Positions 39,082 through 47,827 of a stretch of DNA of 64,000 nt are shown one piece after another; position 1 is the first letter of the stretch; each line of letters begins with the position of its first letter. This DNA comes from Glycera tridactyla (Eukaryota), in the NCBI GenBank assembly GCA_965644265.1, contig OZ286464.1, forward strand, positions 69,750,001 through 69,814,000, read 5' to 3'. Both the position numbers and the translations under genes were made by a program. The notes beneath the pieces were generated by a model that did not search any database, was not told the origin of the DNA, and saw nothing but the letters and a program-made list of their open reading frames with translations.

Positions 39082-41761
39082 TAGAATTTTGCATTCTCAG
39101 ATAAGATTACATGTTTAGGGTGCTTGAAAAAATATGAAATGGCATATGAATCTGCATCAATGTGTCTAAAAGGGCTATACATTTTCACTAGTCAGAAAAT
39201 CTCTATGGCAGATGTTTCTAATTTCTTGAAATTCTCGTGATTTTCAATATAGTTTTTCTTAGCTGAGGTGTCATGGTGTCTAGTGAACTTGGCAAAGCTT
39301 GCTGCAAGGCAGCCTCCTTAAGTAGGAGGTGATTTACCGAATATCGCCATATGAACTATGAGCCTCTTTATGATATTCGGACACAGACATGATGGGCAGG
39401 GTGTGGTCTTACACGGCATTAGGTCCGGCAATCCTCGCCCCTCCTCAATGAAAGCCCACTAAGCCGTGTTTGTCGGGACGTGCACTTATGATTCTCACTA
39501 AGGCATTAATGCTGGCAAAGCGCGGCGATTCGCCGCTGATGAGTGCTGAATATGCGCACTGATTATAATTCAGTGATTCATGCCGCAATATTTGGTGATA
39601 TTTTGGGGCTTGGCTGCACACTAAATATAATCAGAAGAGCATTACATTCGGCTTGGCACGATTTGATCGCCTCATGACGGCCATAGCGACATGCTCGGAA
39701 TGGAATTGCCTGCATTATGACTGGACGTTATTAATTTATGGAAACATTATGGGGTCACATCATCGGTTGACAGCACTTTTGACCTCTTTGCCACTCAGTG
39801 TCAAGAGGCATTTTTGATTTGTAGGTGTTTTGGCACTGTTCCTTGGACTCAAATATACTGGAATGGGCTAAGTAGTGCACTGTGATCTCAGAAGATGTTG
39901 ACTTTCTTTCTCTACTTGGCATTTTTTCACACTAGAACCCTTGTAAACCACTTCCAAGTTTCAGCATAGAAATTTGTACATGTTGTTTTGCTGGTGAGGT
40001 GCAGCCGAAAGGATTGGCAAATGAATTTGGGTCAGGCAATGACCTTTTCAGGATGTCATTAAGGAATTCACATATCTGTGAGAATTGTGAACATTTCCCT
40101 TTGAAACCTTTGAATTTTGGCCAGTTTGTGAGATTGTAAGACTTGAGGAAATAACAAAGGCACAAATATTTTATTGTTGCAGTGGAAATCTAACAGGAAA
40201 CTCCACAAAAATTTGATGGTCTGTGAACAGTAACCCCATAGTTTATCTAGCCGTAGCTGTTTTCCAGTTTGCAACAGTTTTGACCGCAATCCATGGGTTA
40301 GAGATGAAGTTATGCACGTCAGACAGTGAGTGAGCAGTTGTGCATGCACCTGAGGGAGCAATTGTGAAAACTAACAGACAGTATCACAGGTGCAAATAGG
40401 CTGCCTTGTTTGACGCCCGACCACTAGAGACTGGGAACCGATGAAACAAAAAGGCATGCATGTTGTCAAGCCATGTGTGTAAAGCACTACACGCCGAACT
40501 GACAGGCATGTTGACGTTGGCGACGTGCCTCGACGTCCCAATGTGGCCGCTGACTGTCCGAATCTCCTCATTAGGTATTCTAGTGTCATGTCATGCTTCC
40601 GTCCTGTCCTTCCAGGCGGCTAGTCACAGCGGCCCATTGACATGGCTTCTACATCAAATCGGCGGCCATACAACGCGGCCGAGTGGAGTAATAATGATAT
40701 TTTGAACGAGCAGAGTATGATATACGAGCGCCGTTCTGAATGAGCAAAATCACTCGTCTGCGCAGCGAGCCGTGCGCTGCATCGCCAATACGCTGCAAAT
40801 CGCTCAAAGTAGCCCCCAGTGTCCGGCGCTTATCCTGTAACTCTGCGTCTGTCAGTCAATGCGCGGCCTCCAGATATGAAAGCCCAAATCTGATATAAGC
40901 AGCTACAATGTCAGATGCATATTCCCCGATACATATCAATGGGGCATTTGAGGCCGCACAGTGCCGCGCCATTTGGACATATTCGCCGATACATATCAGA
41001 CATTGTCAGTTACATATTGATATCAGTTGACTTTGCCCGCGTAATCTGTGCTGCTCGGAGGCCCCATCATAAATTCAGCCATTACGACTTTTGAGATCAA
41101 TATGACGATGCCGGGCGGGGTCGCCAGTTCCTGATAAGATGATACGCAGATAATATCATACACCCGGGAGATGGGCCGTTATGTATCGCCCAGCACATTA
41201 ACTTATTGTTGCATGCCCCTGATTTTGTCTGCTATCGATTCTCAGTAATTGTTTTATGATATTCATTCTGATGACCTTTTCATCCATACACAGGACATTC
41301 CGTGCACATTTTGAGCATTTGGAATCATATTCTTCGGAATATAAATGGAGATGGCTTTTCTATTCAATCCTGCCTGATGATGCCACTCAATCAGAATAGG
41401 CCAAAAGTGACTATTCTGCAATTTCAATGGATATCAGGCAAACACTAGAGTGAAAAAGGAAATGGAGAAGTATGGGGTGAAATACTGTGTTGAATCTGTC
41501 ACAGGTCAGATCATGTTGGTTCAAGTAAGACTCACTCCGTATAGTCAGACCTGTTGGTCTTTACTACTGAATGAGACGCAAAACTCATTTTTGGACAATT
41601 GATACTATATTTTCATTCTAGCAAAGCTATTCAACTTGGAAAGACTTGGATAATGACTGTTTCATCTTTTGCTGTTTCTGATTTCAGATTTTTTTTATAC
41701 AAAATTTCAACATGCTGCTTCATGTGTTTTCTGATGATATCATGATCTGCTGTAGTCATTC

Positions 41762-41786
41762 TTTTTGTTTTGTTTCTGTTTGCCAG
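41762..41786 (+). promoter_or_regulatory. 3' splice site (polypyrimidine tract + CAG) of the spalt exon
   Basis: TTTTTGTTTTGTTTCTGTTTGCCAG|TT; the next bases complete a codon in the ORF frame (phase 1). Confidence 0.85.
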
Positions 41787-42827
41787 TTCCTGTCACGGAC
41801 ATTCCTGATGAACTCACTTCGGAACTTTCAACTGCCCTTACCGATGATCTTGTAGCCAATGACTTACAGCAGGAAGAGCCCGTAGAAGACACTGCTGAAA
41901 CCGATGCCCATCTTTGTGGACTGTGTCAGGAAGAATTCTTTGGGCTTGACGAATTTATTGCTCACAAAAAGGTCTGCCAAGCGGCAGATATCGTTGGAGA
42001 GTCAATGGACTATTACGATGATGAAGAGTCACAGATTGACTCACAGAATGGGGAAGAGGACGCCGGTTTACACGACGTTCCAATGTCCGGGAAGGACGAC
42101 GAGGTCGATGACATCGAAAGTCAAGATGACCTGGAAAAGATGGAGGAGGGATCAGTAGAAGCCCTCGAAAATGAGCGTCTCACCCCAGACAAATCAGACG
42201 GCGAATCCGACACAAAAAGCGAGAATGTGTCGGAGGGTAAAGGCGAATCTAGCAACCTGAGCAGCGATGAAGGACTTTCCAGTCAAGATGGTATCGACGG
42301 AGATGAGACATCTGAGAAATTGTCCGCGTCCATCGCTTCAGGTGTCGATCTACCCCAGATACCGCCACTGCTGTCATTATTTCAAGATTCCAATGTCAAA
42401 CTGGCCAGATTGGAGAGTACAAAAGTGGCAGTGGCACAGTTCGCCGAGAACAACATGTCCAACTTACCGCAGATGGACCTCGCTTCCCTGCAGACAATGC
42501 TCGTTTCCCTGCAACAGCAACAGTTGATGCAACTGCAATTGTTGCAGCAGTTGCAACACCAGCTACTTAGCAGTGGCAACAATGCAGCAGTGCAGCAGTC
42601 GATCGCTGTCGCAATGGCCGCTGCCGCCGCCGCTGCTACCACGGCAGCGCCACTTCCAGGAGCAGTTGCCCCGGCAACCATCGCTGCCCTGATGCCTGAC
42701 CAACAGAAATCATCGGCTAAGACAAACAACGACAACAACAACAGCATGAACAACAACAACATCATCAATAATCTCAACAAACTCAACAATAATAATAACA
42801 ACACATCTAGTGAAAATGACATCAAAG
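41787..42827 (+). CDS. sall: Internal coding exon of a spalt/SALL-family zinc-finger transcription factor (N-terminal C2HC finger, acidic linker, VAVAQF motif, Q-rich domain); rest of gene not in window
   Basis: Part of the 368-aa ORF 41765-42871. DAHLCGLCQEEFFGLDEFIAHKKVC resembles the SALL N-terminal finger (human SALL1 recalled as [25 protein letters not shown]). SNVKLARLESTKVAVAQF and LVSLQQQQLMQLQLLQQLQHQL match the SALL motif and Q-rich block. Bounded by a polypyrimidine tract plus CAG (ends 41786) and AAG|GTAAGA (intron starts 42828). Length 1041 = 3x347, phase 1/1. Confidence 0.93.
41909..41977 (+). other. C2HC zinc finger coding segment (C-X2-C-X12-H-X3-C)
   Basis: Translation HLCGLCQEEFFGLDEFIAHKKVC; spacing counted directly. 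Confidence 0.92.
42389..42568 (+). other. Conserved SALL 'STKVAVAQF' motif plus glutamine-rich multimerisation segment
   Basis: SNVKLARLESTKVAVAQFAENNMSNLPQMDLASLQTMLVSLQQQQLMQLQLLQQLQHQLL; Leu/Met spacing compatible with an amphipathic helix. Confidence 0.88.
42617..42802 (+). repeat. Coding low-complexity tracts: poly-Ala (7 codons, 42617-42637) and Asn-rich tract (18 Asn in 26 codons, 42725-42802)
   Basis: GCC/GCT run and AAC/AAT runs in the spalt reading frame. Confidence 0.9.
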
Positions 42828-42833
42828 GTAAGA
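42825..42833 (+). promoter_or_regulatory. 5' splice site of the spalt exon
   Basis: AAG|GTAAGA, near-consensus donor; sequence becomes AT-rich just downstream. Confidence 0.85.
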
Positions 42834-44208
42834 ATCACATTTATTCACTTTGCAAAATTCAGGTAGAATAGAAAATATTGATGGTCATGTGTCCTAACAT
42901 AAGAAAAAAAAACATGGAGTCATTGTCTCATACTCTTTCATTGACTGATATTCAATTTTTCTTCCACACTTTTTAGCCTTTCTCATCAGGCAGTCCCAAA
43001 AATTAGAGCAGCTCATTTTCAATCTCTCGTGTGAGGTATCAATGTGTAAAGTGGATACGCAACGAAATATGATATACTGGTATTCCAGGCATTTTTCTAT
43101 GAAATTGGATTTTGTTCATTCTTTTCTGTCAATGATGTCAAGCGGAGTTCGCATAATCATGATATCATTTGATTGATGGTGTCCACAATTTTGGTGTGTT
43201 GACTTCTTGCCAACTCCATATTGGCAGTGTGATGAAGTACAAAAATTCGCATTCCCCGAGACACTGCGTATGATGCATGGGTCGTAGAATGTCAGCGCGC
43301 ATTCATGACCCGGCCGTCATCGTGTGGTTATGAAATAATAACGTCAGCGGCGGCATCCAATGATATTAGAAACGGTCATTGTGGTTGAGTTACGGTGAAT
43401 AAATAGCGCTACTATTGGATTCGGTGACGCGGAGATGCGATATGGAATGCAGGAATGATCGCCGGCTTATGAATACGTTCGACACTCGCCGCATGCTAAG
43501 TCGGCGTGGCTTGGCCGGCTAATGTAACAGGCATATTTACACTTAATTCACTTTGCAGGACATCAATCATATTGTTTTGCACTGTTGCTGCCTGTGCGGA
43601 ATAGAATGGCAGTCGAAAACTGATGCGAGAGCATCCTCTTCTGCTTATTATGCGCTCGGATGCTCGGGCGAAAGCTTTCGCGACAACGCAGACACATGAT
43701 CGGCCATCGTCACTAGACTCTCCAGCCAAATCGCTGCTCTTCCTCGGCCACTTGGGGTGTGCGTAAAGAGGCAGTGAAAGGGAGGTCGGCTCCGTGGGGA
43801 TGACCTTGACTCGTGGGGGTCGCAGGTCAAGTGGCACACAAAGGGGACTAGTGAGTTGAATACGAGAGGAGTTCGACAGGAGTTGGTACAAGCGGTGGTT
43901 AGGAAGGCGGGCACTTTGATGCCATCCGCCCGTAGTTGTTCTCTATCGTGTACTCAGCTCCTTTTTAGCTGACCCCCCAAACAAAACGATTAACCTTTTT
44001 CAGGTGCGATATTTTGCCAGTGTGCCCAAGGTCAAGCATGAAATTTAGCTGGGTGTGAAATTGCTGCCACTTTGACATTATTAGGGAGGTGCCAGTATTT
44101 GCACTTGGAATAAGAATCTTGAATTTGTATCTAGAAGCCAAGATTTGAACATGACAATTCTGGATTATATCAGAATTATTTCATGAAAAGATAACACCTT
44201 TATTTACT

Positions 44209-44395
44209 NNNNNNNNNNNNNNNNNNNNNNNNNNNNNNNNNNNNNNNNNNNNNNNNNNNNNNNNNNNNNNNNNNNNNNNNNNNNNNNNNNNNNNNNNNNN
44301 NNNNNNNNNNNNNNNNNNNNNNNNNNNNNNNNNNNNNNNNNNNNNNNNNNNNNNNNNNNNNNNNNNNNNNNNNNNNNNNNNNNNNNNNNNNNNNN
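44209..44395. other. Assembly gap (N-run)
   Basis: 187 N. Confidence 0.99.
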
Positions 44396-45229
44396 AGATG
44401 TTCAGAAGTCAGTAGATTCGACAGTCTTGGTGGGGCAGAGGATTGTGTAGTAGTTAATTATTTTGGGAGTGGGTTAGTTTCACTTAAGACACATTCAAGT
44501 ACTGTATCCCACAAACCACTAAAATTGCAGCCATGCAATGGCTATTACTGTGAGTCACCGTGTTTTCAAGGTGTCACGTGGCTTGGCTTCAAGTCCTGCT
44601 GTGCTGCTGTTCTTTAGCATGAAAAGATGGAGGCAATTGATGTGCTAGCCTTGGTCACCGTGGAAACGGTTGGAGATGAGGGAAATGTAACGCTAGAGAA
44701 GAGGGAAATGTACGTGCTCTGCTGGTGCTTATAGCAGACACTCCCCGATTCCCCGCCCTGTCTATTACGTGCTGCTAACCAACCCAGAGGGGGCTGATTG
44801 AGAGTTAGTTCCGATTGATCCAATCCAATCAGGCACAAATCATGACCCACTTGCCCTTTTCTGCCCTGAATCTTGTCCTGCACATTCTGAGCAGATTCCG
44901 ACTTCAATGTCAAAAACTTGACTTCCATAGGCAATGGGAGAAACATTAAGCCCTTCAAGTGCACCTTTTTTTCAGTGAGATTATCTTCAGAGATAATGGA
45001 CAAGATACATGACGTGCATTAAAATGTTGTCATGGAAACCATGCAAGTGAACCACTGGTCATCTCTCCACTGTCCATGCTTTTAGCACATGGCTGAATTT
45101 AGAGGTCATCTGAAGTGACAGCCAACAGCAATCGATTTTAATCCGAGAGAAATCTGCGTTCCGAGACTGAAAACTTTGGCCTGTATTTGGCCTGTGCTTT
45201 AGTTACACAATACAGTTTTTCGATGAGTA

Positions 45230-45327
45230 GAGTTGAACCTGCTTGAGAGACCACCTCTCTATAAAGGCCACCTGCCAACAAAGGCCGGCCACCCTGAGCT
45301 GTGACCATGATAGTATGCTCAACTGTA
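45230..45327 (+). mobile_element. 3'-truncated MITE subfamily B
   Basis: TA-GAGTTGAACCTGCTTGAGAGACCACCTCTCTATAAAGG ... GTGACCATGATAGTA. Confidence 0.72.
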
Positions 45328-45463
45328 GCTTTCCTGTAGCTGGAAAAGATTGATGCTCCCTGAGATATTAGAACTCTTTCATCCAGGTGATGAATGTCTG
45401 TGTCTGTGTCTGTGTGTGTCTGTTTGTCTGTGCACACGCATTATATGTGCGTGTGTGTGGGGG

Positions 45464-45595
45464 NNNNNNNNNNNNNNNNNNNNNNNNNNNNNNNNNNNNN
45501 NNNNNNNNNNNNNNNNNNNNNNNNNNNNNNNNNNNNNNNNNNNNNNNNNNNNNNNNNNNNNNNNNNNNNNNNNNNNNNNNNNNNNNNNNNNNNNN
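45464..45595. other. Assembly gap (N-run) next to a GT microsatellite
   Basis: 132 N. Confidence 0.99.
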
Positions 45596-45934
45596 TATTA
45601 AATACCTCAATTATCGCTCATATCTTGGGTTCAGTCGGGTCAAATGTCTGGTATCTGAGGCATTTTGCACTCTGCTGCTGCTGGTGCACATCCCGAGATC
45701 TCTGGAATGATCCACTTATGAGTGGAATTTCAGCTCCTGCCATCAGTTTGGCAGATTATGTAAACTGAATGGCTTCATCCACAATTTGGTCTTCCTCGAT
45801 ATTCCAGTACTTCACAAGTTTTGCATGAATTTTGGACAAAGATAATTGATGTGGTTCATATCAGACTGAACGTGAAAGCTCAAATCTTATTAGCTCATCT
45901 GGCCGAAGGCTGATGAGCTTATGCCATCACGCGG

Positions 45935-46019
45935 CGTCCGTCGTCCGTCGTCCGTCGTCCGTCGTCCGTCGTCCGTCGTCTGTCGTCCGTCGTCTGTCGT
46001 CCGTCGTCCGTCGTCGTCC
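45935..46019 (+). repeat. Heptamer microsatellite (CGTCCGT) x ~11 inside the HINE
   Basis: Direct reading; two units are CGTCTGT. Confidence 0.95.
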
Positions 46020-46037
46020 ACAATTCACAGACAATGC

Positions 46038-46680
46038 ATCTCCTCCCTCATTTCTTGATAGATTTTGATTCTGATTGTTTTATTAGACAGGACCAAGCAT
46101 TACACACACATCCTGGTCATATTTTGTCTGAAATTCTCATTAATGACTTAGTAATTAGGCTAATTGAGTGATTATGCAAGAATCACCAAAAACGTATCTC
46201 CTCCCTCAATTTTCGATGGATTTTGATTCTGATTGTTTTACTGGTGAGATATAAGCGTTGCCCACAAAAGTTGGTCGGGTTTTTCAAAAATTCATTTTCA
46301 CAACTCAGTAATTAGGCTAATTGTGTCACACCTAATTGGGTTTTCAGCTAAAAATCACAAAAACTGTATCTCCTCCCTCAATTCTCAATGGATTTTGATT
46401 CTGATTGTTTTATTGGTTAGAATCAACTATTGCACACAGATCCTGGTCACATTTTGTGTGATTTTCTTGATAATGACTCGGTAATTAGGCTAATTGGGTC
46501 ATTAGCCAGGGGTCACTAAAATTGTATCTCCTTCTTCAATTCTTGATGGATTTTGATTATGATTGTTTCATTAGTGAGAAGAGAGCATTGGGCATAAAGC
46601 CTGGTCATGTTTTGTGTGAAATTATTGTTAACAAATTGGCAATCAGGCTACTTTATTCGCATTTGTGTACAAGCCTAACT
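46038..46680 (+). repeat. Tandem array of four ~158-172-bp units (HINE core repeats)
   Basis: ATCTCCT(C/T)C recurs at 46038, 46196, 46368 and 46526, each followed by GATTTTGATT.TGATTGTTT; the first three units also carry GTAATTAGGCTAATTG. Confidence 0.9.
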
Positions 46681-46888
46681 TGCTTAATAGTGCACATTCT
46701 TGAAATGGCTGAAATTGACGCATATCATTCGCTGAGTCTCTATTGTGTGAGACCTCTCCGTAATGAACGCACTCCTCTGGGCTTTGCTTTCATCATTATG
46801 TAAGGTTCTCCAGTGGTAAACACCTATTGAATTCTTTAACAATGACTAGGGTGTTGATTTCATCATTTCCTTCTCTGCCCTTCCCATT

Positions 46889-47107
46889 NNNNNNNNNNNN
46901 NNNNNNNNNNNNNNNNNNNNNNNNNNNNNNNNNNNNNNNNNNNNNNNNNNNNNNNNNNNNNNNNNNNNNNNNNNNNNNNNNNNNNNNNNNNNNNNNNNNN
47001 NNNNNNNNNNNNNNNNNNNNNNNNNNNNNNNNNNNNNNNNNNNNNNNNNNNNNNNNNNNNNNNNNNNNNNNNNNNNNNNNNNNNNNNNNNNNNNNNNNNN
47101 NNNNNNN
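46889..47107. other. Assembly gap (N-run) inside the HINE
   Basis: 219 N. Confidence 0.99.
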
Positions 47108-47120
47108 ATAAAAGATAGTA

Positions 47121-47297
47121 CAGTGAAACCTGTCTTGGGAGACCCTCTTTCGGGAGACCACCCTCTAATGGGAGACCGCTCTCTATCGGCTCTTTTCTGT
47201 TTGACATAGTCAAATATACCTCCAATGAGAGACCACCTGTCTTGAGAGACCACTTTTCATTGGCGCTTTGAGTGGTCTCCCAAGACAGGTTTTACTG
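47121..47297 (+). mobile_element. MITE subfamily A (close relative of the 10138 copy)
   Basis: Same TIRs, TA flanks at 47119-47120 and 47298-47299, same internal TTTGAC-nnn-GTCAAA hairpin; 15-bp internal extra segment. Confidence 0.9.
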
Positions 47298-47381
47298 TAC
47301 CCAATTGCCACTAACAATTTCAAAGTTTGTAATTGAATATGTATTGACAGCCCACCAATATTTGGCAATTGCTACCAATGA

Positions 47382-47544
47382 TAGCGGGACCTGTGACGAG
47401 AGACCACTCTAGATATCAATAAAAAGTGGTCTGTCGAAAGAAGTTGTCTCTCATCACAGGTATATTTGACTATGTCAAATAGAAAAGCTGCCCTGCAAAA
47501 GTAGTCTTGCGTAGGAGGCGGTCTCTAATCAGGGGGTTTCACTA
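47382..47544 (-). mobile_element. MITE subfamily A, diverged, inverted relative to the 47121 copy
   Basis: 47458-47487 is a 29/30 reverse-complement match to 47192-47221; ends GGTTTCACTA+TA. Confidence 0.8.
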
Positions 47545-47696
47545 TAACAACTTGGGATCAGCTGGCCTTCAAATATTAGGCCAACATGGAGCCCTGGTGT
47601 GTCTGTCCTTCTCAATGAGCTGTGTGTATGCAAACTTTTTGTAAATCATGCCTTGGATTGCTTAGAACTAAGCATTGTGCACCCAACTTGGTTATA

Positions 47697-47827
47697 CAGT
47701 CGAACGTCCTCTAAAGACCATGGTGGTAGTATTTTCTACAGTAAATGTCCTCCCGATAAAGACCACCTCCCTCTAAAGACCACTTTTTGATGCGACTGAA
47801 GGCAGTCTTTATAGAGAGGTTGGACTG
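47697..47827 (+). mobile_element. MITE subfamily B nested in a HINE repeat unit
   Basis: TA-CAGTCGAAC ... GGTTGGACTG-TA; internal GGTAGTATTTTCTACAGTAAATG similar to the 14453 copy. Confidence 0.85.

Noticed and set aside
5413-39337. Pbx-Hox TGATTTAY sites (5413, 9333, 9848, 11841, 15237, 25080, 39330)
   Set aside because: A rough base-composition estimate gives about nine such 8-mers by chance, so no enrichment.
42382-42825. 147-aa antisense ORF
   Set aside because: Shadow of the CAG/GCC/AAC-rich spalt codons (poly-L/C/A); no independent support.
43496-43891. 131-aa minus-strand ORF in a GC-rich block
   Set aside because: No recognisable domain; open frames are expected in GC-rich blocks. 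The nearby + strand acceptor-like site also hits a stop in the needed phase.
45935-46680. CRISPR-like repeat array
   Set aside because: Contiguous tandem units without unique spacers, no cas genes, eukaryotic context; explained by the HINE.
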